From an uncultured Planctomycetaceae bacterium (lineage in GTDB: Bacteria > Planctomycetota > Planctomycetia > Pirellulales > PALSA-1355): a stretch of 64,000 bases of DNA. Position numbers and translations under genes: made by a program. Positions within the stretch are counted from its first letter, which is position 1. The number at the start of each line of letters is the position of its first letter. The DNA lies in NCBI GenBank assembly GCA_963785305.1, contig CAWAUV010000008.1:512001-576000 (forward strand). The letters run 5' to 3'. Positions 1 to 11,875 of the stretch are shown here, one piece after another. Below the pieces are notes generated by a model, which saw only the letters and a list, made by a program, of their open reading frames with translations, was not told the DNA's origin and searched no databases.

Positions 1-701
1 GTGCGGCGCCGGATCGATAAACATTCCTCATAGCTAGCACATGGCTGTTCGAGGGCAACGTCGATTTCGCGCACTGCCCGCGCCACGCGGGCCGCGTCGT
101 GCATGCGCCAGCCGGTGTTGGCGTCGGCCACGAGCCGATCACCCGGCTCGAGCACCGCCGCCACGCGCCGAATGCGCTCGATATCTTCCAGTGGATCGCC
201 GCCGACTTTAAGCTGAAAGCGGCGGTAGCCTTCGCCTCGATAGCGGGCCACGCTCTCGGCCATTGCCTCGGGCGACGCCTGCGAAATGGCGCGATAGAGC
301 GCGAAATCGTCGCCATAGCGCCCGCCAAGCAAAACACAAACCGGCAGCCCGGCCACTTTGCCCAGAATATCCCAACAAGCCATGTCGATGGCCGACTTCA
401 CATACGGGTGGCCCAGCAGCGCGGCGTCCATGCGTCGGTTAAGCGCCGCGAGCTCGGTGGGGTCGGCGCCGAGCAGGCGGGGTCCAAGCTCCTGGATTCC
501 GGCCCGCGCGCCCGCGGCATAGGCGGGCAGGTAGCTTGGCCCCAGCGGACAAACTTCGCCCCAGCCGACAATTTCGCGGTCGGTTTCGATGGCGACGACC
601 GTCGAATCGAAAACATCGACCGAATTGCCGCCCGACCAGCGATAGCTGCCCTCGCACAGCGGGAGATCGACTTGATAGACCACGATGCGGCGAATTCGCA
701 T
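1..701 (-). CDS. Mandelate racemase/enolase-superfamily enzyme, cis-3-hydroxy-L-proline dehydratase / hydroxyproline-betaine epimerase-like (runs off the window start)
   Basis: Not in the ORF track; manual minus-strand translation from ATG at 701: [36 protein letters not shown]...[17 protein letters not shown]...[14 protein letters not shown]...FQLKVGG...VADANTGW...EQPC, i.e. the MR/MLE KxG, DAN and EQP motifs. Confidence 0.85.
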   Translation of the reverse strand, partial: MRIRRIVVYQVDLPLCEGSYRWSGGNSVDVFDSTVVAIETDREIVGWGEVCPLGPSYLPAYAAGARAGIQELGPRLLGADPTELAALNRRMDAALLGHPYVKSAIDMACWDILGKVAGLPVCVLLGGRYGDDFALYRAISQASPEAMAESVARYRGEGYRRFQLKVGGDPLEDIERIRRVAAVLEPGDRLVADANTGWRMHDAARVARAVREIDVALEQPCASYEECLSIRRR

Positions 702-778
702 AAATGAGGCTCCTACCTGCGAAAAAGTGGGGCAGTGAATCCGCCATAAAAAAACGCGTTGTTCCGCGGGGCGGAGTC

Positions 779-821
779 TTGCATCGCCAAGCAGAGTATT
801 TTATATTGAACGCAATGTCAA
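779..821. promoter_or_regulatory. Overlapping divergent sigma70-type promoters
   Basis: + strand TTGCAT(779-784)-17bp-TATATT(802-807); - strand TTGACA(821-816)-17bp-TACTCT(798-793); AT-rich patch between divergent genes. Confidence 0.6.
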
Positions 822-878
822 TCACTGCGACTCGCGCCGTGATAACCGACTTTCTTTCTCTTCACAAGGTCTGGGGCA

Positions 879-1998
879 ATGACCAATCGCGTGTTCCACC
901 CGACGCGGAGTCTCGCCGTCGATTTCTCTCGCGGACCTGATGGAACAAACGCGACCGCGAGACGGACGAGTTATGTGCCGGACATTCAAGGGCGCCGATT
1001 GGCCCTCCGCGTGTCGCGGCGAGTGCCGCGGAGCGCATTGCCCGTCGCGCTTGTCTTCGTGGCGCTTGTCTCAGTCGCGATGGGCGCGGTCGACGACGCC
1101 TCGCCGGCGGCGCCGGTCGCCGCGCCCGGCGACGCGCTTGTTGCGCGGCTGCATTTGGAGCCGTTTTATAAAAAGTGCGTCATCGTCGGCGAGCTGCCGA
1201 TCCTCGCATCGGAAAAAGTCTCCGACGCGGCGCTGCGCGAAGCGGCGTATCTTGTCGAGCATGTGCTCCAGGGCCGACCCGATCTGATCTCCGCAATGGT
1301 CGCCCACGGCGAGCGCATCGCCGTGATGGCGCCGTCGGAGTTCACGACCGACATTCCTGAATATCGTGAAATGAAGCCGGTCGAGTTTTGGAATCGCCGC
1401 TCGCGCGGCATGGGCGGCGACGCAAACCGCCCGGTAGTGACCTGCGGCGAGGAAAATCTGCTTAACCTCGATGGCGATCCGTATCTCGGCGAGAACATCT
1501 TGATTCACGAACTGGCGCACGCCATCCATCTGGTGGCGCTCAAAGCGGTCGATCCCGAGTTCGAGCCGCGGCTGAAAGTCATCTTCGATCAGGCTCGAGC
1601 CGAGGGTCTTTGGAAAGGCACATACGCATTTGGCTATTTCACGGAATACTGGGCCGAGGGAGTGCAGTCGTGGTTTGACACGAATCGCAGCAACGATCAT
1701 GATCACAACGACATCGACACCCGCGACAAATTGCGCCGCTACGACCCTCGTCTGGCCTCGCTAATCGAAGAGGTGTTTCGTCAAAACGAATGGCGCTATG
1801 CGCCGACAAATCGTGACCCACCGCGCAAGCATCTCGCCACATTCGATCGCGCGGGCCGGGGCGTTTAGCTGGCCACCGGAATTCGAAGCCGTGTATCGCG
1901 AGCATCTCGCCAAGGAATTAGCAGCTCGCGCCGCCGCGGAACACGTGCGCGCTTCCGAACCCACCTCGACACAACAAGAACAGAAAGACACGAAATGA
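879..1998 (+). CDS. Secreted zincin-like metallopeptidase (HExxH); start uncertain, probable frameshift near 1855
   Basis: Hydrophobic signal-like segment, GENILIHELAHAIH and EYWAEGVQSWFD motifs; the C-terminus continues in ORF 1798..1998, whose stop overlaps the next ATG. Confidence 0.65.
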
Positions 1999-2940
1999 GT
2001 ATTTCCTGGCGCGGCGTGTTTCCGGCAGTCACCACGCAATTCCATCGCGATTTTTCGCTCGATCTGCCGGGAACCTTGGAGCAGATCGATCGCCTGTTGA
2101 ATGCGGGCGTGCATGGAGTGGTGCTGCTCGGCACGGTCGGCGAAGTCTGTTCGCTCGAACCCCATGAGAAACTCGAGTTGCTTCGCGCGGCGGTCGCGCA
2201 TGTCGGAGGCCGGGCGCCGCTCTTGGCCGGAGTCGCCGAATACACCACGGCCCAAGCGTGTCGCTTCGCCGAAACCGCCGCGCGTCTCGGCGCGAGCGGG
2301 CTGATGGTGCTGCCGGCCATGGTCTACAAGTCGGACCCCGAGGAGACGATCGCGCATTTTCGGGCCGTGGCCGGCGCGAGCTCGGCGCCGATCTTGTGTT
2401 ACAACAATCCGGTCTCCTATGGCGTCGATATCACGCCCGAAATGTTCGTCGAACTTTCCGACGAGCCGAACCTCGTGGCGATCAAGGAATCGAGCGACAA
2501 TGTGCGCCGCGTGACCGAGCTGCGCAATCGGCTTGGCGATCGTTATTTGATCTTCTCGGGCGTCGACAATTTGTTTCTCGAGAGCATGGTGCTCGGAGTC
2601 GACGGCTGGGTTGCGGGACTCGCCAACGCGACTCCCTGCCGAAAGCCTGCAACTTTGGGACTTGGCCTCGGAGGGCCGCTGGGACGAGGCCCGCTCGCTC
2701 TATCGCTGGCATGCGCCGCTGTTCGAGCTCGACACCCGCGTGAAGCTCGTGCAATGCATCAAGCTGGCGATGACCGAACTGGGCCACGGCGCCGAAATAG
2801 TCCGCGCCCCGCGGCTGCCGCTCGCGGGCAGCGAACGCAAGGAAGTGCTGGCGACGATCCGCCATGCCCTCGCCACCCGCCCCCGCGAACTCGCGGGGCG
2901 ACGCTGGCCAAAAGAGACGAAGGGCGTTGTCAACGCATAA
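1995..2940 (+). CDS. Dihydrodipicolinate-synthase-family protein (pyrroline-hydroxy-carboxylate deaminase-like); frameshift near 2635
   Basis: WRGVFPAVTT, LGTVGE, YNNP, AIKESS motifs in 1995..; C-terminus in 2611..2940 (LVQCIKLA...VRAPRLPL). Confidence 0.85.
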
Positions 2941-2949
2941 TTGTCCATG

Positions 2950-3032
2950 GCGTGCCATGCCCACGCTTGGGTGGGCATGCTTGGATGATCACTGCAATAA
3001 AACATGCCCACGCGAGCGTGGGCATGGCACGC
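2950..3032. repeat. REP-like palindrome family A (GCCATGCCCACG...CGTGGGCATGGC)
   Basis: Doubled hairpin; related copy at 10707-10770. Confidence 0.75.
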
Positions 3033-3088
3033 GCGGTAATTTTAAGCCGTGATAGAGAATAAAGTCCGATCCAAGAACCATCGGCGAG

Positions 3089-3130
3089 CCCTCACCCCTC
3101 CCGCCTCTCCCCAATGGGGAGAGGCGGGAG
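3089..3130. repeat. REP-like hairpin family B (CCCTCACCC...CTCTCCCC..GGGGAGAGG)
   Basis: Related copies at 10821-10858 and about 24853-24886. Confidence 0.65.
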
Positions 3131-3144
3131 TTGCTGGATTGGCT

Positions 3145-4637
3145 CTACGCGATAATCTCGTTCACCACTTGCCCATGCACATCCGTCAAGCGGTAGTCGC
3201 GGCCTTGGAAGCGGTGCGTAAGGCGTTCGTGGTCGAAGCCGAGCAGGCGGAGGATCGTGGCTTGGAAATCATGGATATGCACCTTGCGCTCGGCGATCGA
3301 GAAGCCGAGCTCGTCGGAAGCGCCGAGCGAGAAGCCGCGTTTCACGCCGCCGCCAGCGAGCCAGAGCGTATAGCAATCGGGATAATGATCGCGGCCCAAG
3401 ATCGCGCTGGCCGCCGTGCGACCCTCGCGAAATGGAGTGCGCCCAAATTCGCCGCCGCACACGACCAGCGTGTCGTCGAGCATGCCGCGCTGCTTGAGAT
3501 CCTTTAAGAGCGCCGCGATCGGCTTGTCCATCGTGGCGCATTTCTTCGTGAGGCCCTCGCGCAAATCTTCTTGCGGGCCGGTGCCGTGAAAATCCCAGCC
3601 CCAGTCGAAAAGCTGCACGAACCGCACTCCCTGCTCCGCCAGCCGCCGCGCTAACAGGCAATTGTTCGCGAAACTCGATTCGCCCGGCCGGGCGCCATAG
3701 TTCGCGAGCGTCGCGGGCGTCTCGCGCGAAATGTCCATCACCTCGGGCGCGGCGGTTTGCATGCGATAAGCGAGCTCGTACTGCGCAATGCGCGTGGCGG
3801 TTTCCGGATGCCCCAACTCCTGGGCCTGCATTTCATTGAGATCGCGCATCGCGTCGAGCGACGCGCGGCGAGCTCGCGCGACATGCCCGGCGGATCGGAG
3901 ACATAGAGCACCGGATCGCCCTTCGAGCGGCATTGCACACCCTGATACACGCTGGGCAGGAACCCGCTGCCAAACGAATTCTTGCCGCCATTGGGTTGCA
4001 CGCCGCTCGAAATCAGCACCACGAAGCCCGGCAGATTTTCATTCTCCGAGCCCAGGCCATAGGTGACCCAGGAGCCCATCGAAGGCCGGCCGGGACGGGC
4101 AAAGCCGGTGAAGAGCAGCAATTCGGCCGGCGCGTGATTGAATTGATCGGTGGTCATCGACTTGATGACGCATAGTTCATCGGCCACGGTCTGAAGATTG
4201 GGCAGCGCGTCGGAGAGCCACACGCCTCCCTCGCCGTATTGAGCAAAGGCGCGCGGTGTGCCCAGCAAATTCGGCGTGCCGGTGGTGAAGGCGAATCGCT
4301 TGCCTTTGAGCACCGACTCCGGCGCCGGCTGGCCGCTGCGTTTTATAAGCTCGGGCTTGTAGTCATACATATCCAAGTGCGGCGGCGAGCCGGTCAGGTG
4401 CAGATAGATCATGCGCTTCGCCTTGGCCGGCAAAGGCGGGAGCTTGGCCGCCAGCGGGTTGACGACGCCCGCCGGCGCGGCGCTCGGCGCCGCGATGCCG
4501 GCGGAGGAATTCGCCTCGGCCGCGCGGCCATCGCGATTGAGCAGCGCCGCCAGGGCCAGCGAGCCGACGCCGACTTGGCAGTGTGTCAGGAAATGCCGCC
4601 GCGTGAGCTGTTGCAATTGCTCGAAGCGAGGATCCAT
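3145..4637 (-). CDS. DUF1501 family protein (Tat-exported); frameshift near 3870
   Basis: TRRHFL Tat motif, AKAKRMIYL, DQFNHAPA, CLLARRL, GEFGRTP, RDH, HIHD, GRDYRLTDVHG split over ORFs 3738..4637 and 3145..3933. Confidence 0.9.
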
Positions 4638-4664
4638 GACTCTCCGTCCCTTCAGTCGATCGCG

Positions 4665-7600
4665 CTAGGGTTTCATCAAGGTTTCGTCGAGGTTCAAGAG
4701 CACATTGGCCACCACGGTCCAAGCGGCCAAGTCCGCGAGATCGGCGCCCGCGGGCGGTGGCCCGAGCGGTTCGCTCGCCATTCGCCGCGCCGCGTCGGCA
4801 TTGGCCAAGTACGTGGAACGCGCCCGCTCATGGAGCGCCATCAAGCGGGCCAGTTCCGATTCGCGCGGATCGCGCGCGAAGCACAGGCGAAAGCCGCGCC
4901 GGATCACATCGGCAGGCTCGCTACCCACCGGCGACTGACCCGACGATTGGCCCGGCGACTCGCTCGTCGCTTGCTCCGGCGGCGCCGGCTGGCCGACCAT
5001 TCGCCGCGCGAGCGATTGGGCCGCTTCCACATATACCGGGTCGTTCATCGTCACCAGCGCTTGCAGCGGTGTGTTCGTGCGGGAGCGACGCAGTGTGCAA
5101 ACCTCGCGATTCGGGGCGTCGAACGTGGCCATCGAGGGGTAGGGGCTCGAGCGACGAATCGTCGTGTACACGGCGCGGCGGTAGCGATCCTCGCCCTCGC
5201 TGGTTTGCCAGTCCGTCGCGCCGCCAAACGCCGCGGTCAAACCGCTCGCCGGTTGGGCCGGTTTCACCGGCGGCCCGAACATCTTGCCACTCAACAGCCC
5301 GCTGACCGCGAGCGCTTGGTCGCGCACCATTTCGGCCGAGAGCCGCACTCGCGGCCCGCGGGCAAGCAGCCGATTGTCGGGATCGCGCCGCTCCAGTTCC
5401 GGAGTCACGCGCGACGATTGCCGATAGACCGCCGTCATGACGAGCGATTTGATAAACGCCTTCATATTCCAGCCGCCGCCCGAGAGTTCCGTGGCCAGCC
5501 AGTCGAGCAGTTCGGGATGCGAAGGCAGGTCGCCTTGCGAGCCAAACTCCTCGCTCGTGGCCACGATGCCGATTCCGAAAATCTGCTCCCAGAGGTGGTT
5601 GGCCGTGACCCGCGCGGTGAGCGGATTTCGCTCGTCGACGAGCCAGCGAGCCAAGGCGAGACGGTTTCGGGGCGCGTCGATGACCAGCGGCGGAAACACG
5701 GCCGGCACATCGGCCGTGACCTCATTGCCCACATTCGAATAATTGCCGCGAACTTGCACTCGCGTCACGCGACGCATCTTGGGCGAGCGGTCGCGCATAA
5801 TCGGCACGGTCACCGGCTTGATTTCGGCCAGAAGCTTATTCACCGCCGCGATGCGCTCGCGCGTGGCCGCCAAGCGCGGGGCAATCAAACGGTAATGCTT
5901 CGTCACGCGATCGGCTTCTTCCGGAGTGCGCTCGTCGCGCGGAATTTCGATCGCCGCGAGAACCGCTTGCGGAGTCGATGCATATTCCATGGCTCGAGGA
6001 TCGTCCGTCACCGAAAGTCGAAAGCGGCCGAGCGTGTGCCGCGGCATGGTCGAATGGTGTTCCAAGGTCACTCGCAGCCGTGTTCCCGGAAGTATCCGCG
6101 GCGCACGGCGATTTCGAGCATGAGCGCGTGGGGCTTGCCGATCTGACCGCCCACGGCCCAGCCCTTACGGTTCGCGGCAATCGGAGCGAGCAAACTGGCG
6201 GCTTCATATTTCGGTTGGCTGAAGTCGGCGAGCGCCGCGGTAAATTCGACCGGCGCCGGATCGGCGATCGCAAGCTCGGCGCTCGGATGCGGGGCCGGGA
6301 GATTCGACCGCCGCCAAACGATCTCGCGCCGCTCATCGAGCAACGTCACGCGAAAGTTCTTGGTTCCCTGCCACATCTCGCCATCGGTGCGATTCCAAAC
6401 CACGATGCGGTCGATGGCGTGCTCGCTTTTAAGATCGACTTCCCACCAGGGGTCGTCGGATTTCGCGGTGTGCGTGGTCGAATGCGCTTCGTGATAATGA
6501 CCGTTCGTGTCGCCATCGATCGCGAGCTCGGCGAGGCCGCCGTAGTCGGTGCTGCTTTGCGACGCGGCGCCTCGGGTCGCGAGGTTCTCGGCGCCTTCGA
6601 ACACTTGCACTTCGGCCAGATACAAATGCCGCTCCTTGCCCGGGAGCTCGATCCGCACATAGCGGCCGCGGAGCGCGGCGTCGGGTGGCGGCAGGACATC
6701 GGCGGCGATGCGCGTGAGCACGAAATTGCCGCCCGCCTGGCCCGGACCCTTGCCGGGGAGCGAATCATCGGGCATTGCTTCGAGCCGCAAGACGCCCGCG
6801 CGTGCAACGGCGGCGGGCGCATCGCTGGAGTCGTTGGCCGCGAGCGGGGCTTCGATCGTATAGCCGTCTTGATTGGCGGTCGATGGCGCCAGGATCGCGC
6901 CATCGTCGGACACCTGGCACAAAGCGTCGGACTCGGCCTTGACCGCGTCCGGATGCAAAACCCGCCACCGCACATCGCGCGGGAAGCTAGCGTCCCACGC
7001 TTGTTCGTCGGCGGTGAGCTCGTTTGTCGTCGCGCGGCCCTGGGCTTCGAGCGCGGCGAGCTCCTGCTCGAGCGAGGTTTTTTCGCGCAGCTGCGAGTCG
7101 CCATGGATCGAGAGCACCGGCGATTCGTCGCCGCGATCTTCGTCTTCGCTCTGGTTGAAGAAGTCGAACAGGCGGAAATATTCTTCCTGCGAGATCGGAT
7201 CGTATTTGTGGTTATGACATTGGGCGCAAGCCGCCGTGGCGCCCATCCACACCGCCATCGTGGTGTTCACTCGATCGACGATCGCCACACTGCGAAATTC
7301 CTCGTCGTTCGTGCCGCCTTCATTATTGGTTTGCGTGTTGCGATGAAACGCGGTGGCGATCAATTGTTCCGTGGTCGGGTCCGGCAAGAGATCGCCGGCG
7401 ATTTGCTCGATGGTGAATTGATCGAACGGTTTATTCGCGTTCAGCGAGTCGATCACATAGTCGCGATATCGCCAGATGACGCGGGGCCGATCATCGGCAT
7501 AGCCCGCCGAATCGGCATAGCGAGCCATGTCGAGCCACCACCCGGCCCAGTGCTCGCCAAACGCCGGCCGCGCCAAAAGACGGTCGACCTGCCGCTCATA

Positions 7601-8257
7601 AGCGCCAGATGCTTGGTCGGCGGCAAATGCCTCGAGCTCCGCGGGCGAGGGCGGTAACCCGATCAAATCGAGCGACAATCGCCGCAGAAGCGTCGCGCGA
7701 TCGGCTTCGGGCAAGGGTTGCAATCCCTCCTGTTCGAGCCGCGCGAAAAGGAACCGGTCGATCGGCGATCGAGACCATCGAGCGTCTGACCCAGGCGGCG
7801 GCTCCGGGCGATGCGGCTTTTGATATGACCAATGCCCGGCGTGTCGTGCGCCCTCGCGCACCCAGGCGGTGAGCCGCTCGATCTCGCGAGGCGAAAGCTT
7901 CTTGCCGGTCTCGGGCGGCGGCATGCGATCGTTGGCATGGGCGGTCGTGATGCGGGCGATCAATTCGCTCTTCGCCGGATCGCCCGGCGCCACGGCGACG
8001 CGGCCATCGCCCAGATCGGCCCGGTAGCCGTCGGGAGTGTCGAGCCGGAGGCCGTCGACTCCGCCCTTGCGCTGCTCGGAGTCGGGGCCGTGGCAATAGA
8101 AACAGTTGTTCGAGAGGATCGGACGAATCTCGCGGGCGAAGTCGACCGGCGCCTCGCCGGCGCGGTTGGCTCTGGGCGATTGGCCGCGGACCACACTGCC
8201 GGCGCAGGCCAAAAGCGCCGCCGCGAGCAGCGCGACGCGATAAGAGCGCGACAGCAT
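4665..8257 (-). CDS. PSD1/planctomycete cytochrome C protein (DUF1549 + DUF1553) with discoidin/F5-8-like insert; frameshift near 6100
   Basis: VDFAREIRPILSNNCFYCHGPD, CAQCHNHKYDP, PSHPELLDWLA, TNTPLQAL motifs over ORFs 6068..8257 and 4665..6071; adjacent to DUF1501. Confidence 0.9.
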
Positions 8258-8595
8258 CTCGGTTCACTCCAGTTGAATCGCCGAGCGTCTCGCGAGAAAC
8301 GATCGCTGAGGCAAGACCACCGCGGGAAGGATTTTTGGGGGAAGGCGCGGCAGGCAGGTCGACAAGCCCGAGGCATTGTCGAATTCGCACAACCGATTTT
8401 ATCTGAATCAAAATAGAAACGCGAATGTCGCGGCGACGAAAAGACTTTCGATAGCCTCCTAATGTTTCCGGGCGATGCTTTTTCCGCATCGGCGACGCGG
8501 CCGACATCGCCTTGTGTTGTCAAATAGACAACAATCGACTAGGATCATTTGCGACACATGTCGAGATCGCCTGGAAAACCGCGAGTGCCCCGCCG

Positions 8596-10585
8596 ATGGC
8601 AATTCCTGCTGTACACGATGGGCCGGGCCTTGCCCCGCTCCGCGAAGAGCCGGAGCTCGCGGCGCTGGGGGCCGAAATTCTCTGGCAGGCGCCGACGGCC
8701 GACGATGTTGTCGCATTTTTGACACAAATGCTCGTGACACTCGTCGCCCGACTCCCGGCCAGGAGCGGCGCTGTGTACCGCAACGACGCCGGTCGCTGGC
8801 GAATAATCGCCAAACAGGGCGCCGCCGCGACGGGCGCCAACGGCGCGGACGCCGCCGAATCGCGCGCGGCGGCGAGCGTTTCGCATCCCGCCCCGACCGA
8901 ACTGCTCGCCGAATGCTCGATCGCGGCTGCGCATGTGTCGCCGAGCGATGGGTCGCCGCGCCCTGCGGCGGGCCCGGCGGAGAGATGCTGCTTCTGGAAG
9001 CCTCCACGACGCTGCGCGGCCGCCGAGGCGCGTCGCAAGCTCGATTTGCTCGCCCCGGCGCGGCAAGCGGCGATGAGCGCCGCGCTTGCCCGCTCGGCCG
9101 ATCGGCGACGCATCGTGCGGCTGGAAACGATTCTCGAAATCGCCAACCGTTGGAACCAAACCAATGAGATGGAGCCGCTCTTGGTGCAAATGGCCGAGGC
9201 CGCCGCGCGATTGCTCGGCGCCGATCGGGCCAGCATCTTTCTTTGGGATCGACCGAATCGCCTGCTGATCGGCCGCCCGGCCCTGGGAGTGCCCGGCGGG
9301 GAACTGCGCGTGCCTGACCACGCCGGCATCGTCGGCCAAGTGATCGCCGATGGCCAGCCGCGCCGAATTGCCGCGCGCGACGAGGCGCCGATCAATCGCC
9401 AAGTCGATCGGCAGCTTGACTATCAGACCCACACATTGCTATGCGTGCCTCTGCGCGGCGCGGGCGAGCTCTTCGGCGCGTTCGAGGTCATCAACAAACA
9501 TTCCGGCGACTTCACTCGCGACGACGAAGACGGCGCTCGTCGAACTGGCCAGCCATGCGGCCGTGGCGCTGGAAAACACGCAGCAGTTCGAGCAACTGCT
9601 AGCCAGCCATCGGCGGCTGGTCGATCTTGCCGCCGAGCGGGTGCAATTGATCGGCGCGAGCCCGGCGATCGAAGCGCTGCGGTCGATCGTGCGCCGGGTG
9701 GCGGAAACCGAGCTGGCGATTCTGATTCTCGGTGAGAATGGCACGGGCAAGGAAGTCATCAGCCAGTTAGTGCATTACTTGAGCCCGCGGCGCGATCGGC
9801 CATTTATCGCGGTGAACTGCGCGGCGATCACGGAAACGCTGCTCGAAAGCGAACTGTTCGGCCACGAGAAAGGCGCCTTTACCGATGCCCATGATAGCCA
9901 TGTGGGCAAGTTCGAGCTCGCCGCCGGCGGCACGCTGTTTCTCGACGAAATCGGCGACCTGAGTCCCTCGGGCCAGGCCAAGCTGCTGCGAGTGCTCGAG
10001 GAAAAAGTGGTGGTGCGCGTGGGTGGGTCCAAGCCGATTCATGCCGATGTGCGCGTCGTGGCGGCGACGAATCAGAACTTGGCGGAGATGGTGCGACAGA
10101 AGCGGTTTCGGCAAGACCTCTATTTCCGGCTCAATGTGGTCACGCTCGAACTGCCGCCGCTGCGCGATCGGGGCGACGACGTGACGCTCTTGGCCGAGCA
10201 TTTCCTGGCCGACTTTTGCCGCAAAGGACGCCGCAAGCAGCTCCGCTTCACCGCCGCGGCCCGCAAGCGGCTGCAATCGCATGCGTGGCCGGGCAATGTT
10301 CGCGAGCTGCGGAATCTAATGGAGCGGCTGGCCTATCTTTCGCCGAGCGAGAAGATCGACGCCGAGGACCTGGCGTTTATTCTCTCGCCCGGCGCCGAGT
10401 CTCCGCCCTGGATGGTGGATAATCTACCGCTGGCGGAAGCGACCGACACCTTTCAGATCGAATACATCCGCCGGACGATCGATCGGGCCGGCGGCAACAT
10501 GAGCCTCGCGGCCGAGCGCCTGGGCCTGCACCGCTCGAACCTCTACCGCAAAATGCGGCAATTGGGCATGCCCACCAGCGACTGA
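8596..10585 (+). CDS. GAF-domain sigma-54-dependent Fis-family transcriptional activator; frameshift near 9535
   Basis: GAF ([16 protein letters not shown]) then [32 protein letters not shown]-terminal HTH. Confidence 0.9.
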
Positions 10586-10706
10586 ACCGGGAAGGGACGC
10601 GTCGCAAGGAGCTCGCGGCGCATGGCGAAGCCAGCGAGCGCCGCCAATCGGTCGCCAAAACGTAGTGCATTGTCACAATTGAAATGACGGGTTGGATTGG
10701 TTCCGT

Positions 10707-10858
10707 GTGCCATGCCCACGGCCCTGCGTGGGCATGAGGACTCCGCGTGGCGCTCGAAAACATGCCCACGGGGTTACCTATCATTGCAGCCGTGACAAAG
10801 CAGTAGAGCCTATCCGACAACTCCCCCTATCCCCATTGGGGAGAGGGGAGGGCGAGGG
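10707..10858. repeat. REP cluster (family A 10707-10770, family B 10821-10858)
   Basis: Same two motifs in the same order as at 2950-3130, again between convergent genes. Confidence 0.65.
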
Positions 10859-10896
10859 CTCGCGCAAGTTCTCGGATCGGCGCTTGGCTGCCGCGC

Positions 10897-11745
10897 TTAG
10901 TTGCCCGTCGAGTTGAAGGTCGGGCGAGGCGTGGGCGTCGCGCGACGCGCCGCGGGCATGCTCGCGCCCATCGAGCCGAGCATCGAACGGCCCATGGCCG
11001 CGTAGGTGCGCACTTGTTGGGCGATCCGCTGGGCTTCGTGCATATTGACCGCGGCTGGCAGCTTCTGAAGGCCGCCGCTCTTGGCGTCGTTGAGCGCCTT
11101 GGCCTCGGCCAAGAGCGCCTTGCGTTTTTCTTCCGACGCCGCGAGCCAGTGCTCGTCGTGCGTGAGCGCGTCGAGCCGCTCGCCGCTATATGCTTTGTGC
11201 GCTATCTCCCACATCGTGAGGGCGTGTTGATAGCCCTCGTCTTCGTCGAGAAACTTGGCCCGAATCTTGGGAACCACATCGGCATGTTCGGGGTCGCCCT
11301 CGGTCTTGCCGATTTCGGCCAAATACTCCGGCGAATGCAGCACCCGGCTCTCGGCCGACTGCAGGGCGGCGCGGGCTTGCTCGTAGCGTTTCTTGTCCTT
11401 GACCAAGCCCGAATCGCCGCCGGCGGAATCGAGCATCTCCGCTTCGGCCGCGGCCATGTCTTTATTGGCTTGGCGCTGGTCGCCGTGCGAGGCGTCGATT
11501 GCTTCGCGGTCGCCCGAAATGCGGGAATTGGCGGCGTCGACCACGACCTTGTTTTCAGCCGCGACTTCATCGGCCCGATTGGCGATCGCATCGAACGCGG
11601 CGACCTGCATGCGAATCGAAGCGATCGCGCGGCCTCGCATATTGCCGCCCGAATAACCGCGATGGTGGCGATAGGCGAATGCCAGCGCGGGGCCGAGTCC
11701 GATCCAGGCCGCCAAAAGAATCAGTAAGCAGAAACTTCGTTTCAT
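10897..11745 (-). CDS. Secreted helical/coiled-coil hypothetical protein, paralog 1
   Basis: Signal peptide MKRSFCLLILLAAW..AFA; highly similar to the neighbouring gene. Confidence 0.75.
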   Translation of the reverse strand: MKRSFCLLILLAAWIGLGPALAFAYRHHRGYSGGNMRGRAIASIRMQVAAFDAIANRADEVAAENKVVVDAANSRISGDREAIDASHGDQRQANKDMAAAEAEMLDSAGGDSGLVKDKKRYEQARAALQSAESRVLHSPEYLAEIGKTEGDPEHADVVPKIRAKFLDEDEGYQHALTMWEIAHKAYSGERLDALTHDEHWLAASEEKRKALLAEAKALNDAKSGGLQKLPAAVNMHEAQRIAQQVRTYAAMGRSMLGSMGASMPAARRATPTPRPTFNSTGN

Positions 11746-11875
11746 GGGAAGAGCCTCCCGACACGTCGGAATGTCCGACGGGTTCTCGGTTTTCGCTTCC
11801 GTTGCAGTTTCCGCGCGATCTCGGCACGCGCGATCCGTCAGTTGCCCGACGACTTGGTCGTGGGCGGGGCCGGTT

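Noticed and set aside
99..707. 202-aa + strand ORF and other long antisense ORFs (4239..6146, 16282..18048, 30762..33149 and similar)
   Set aside because: Shadows of real opposite-strand genes in high-GC DNA; no recognisable motifs
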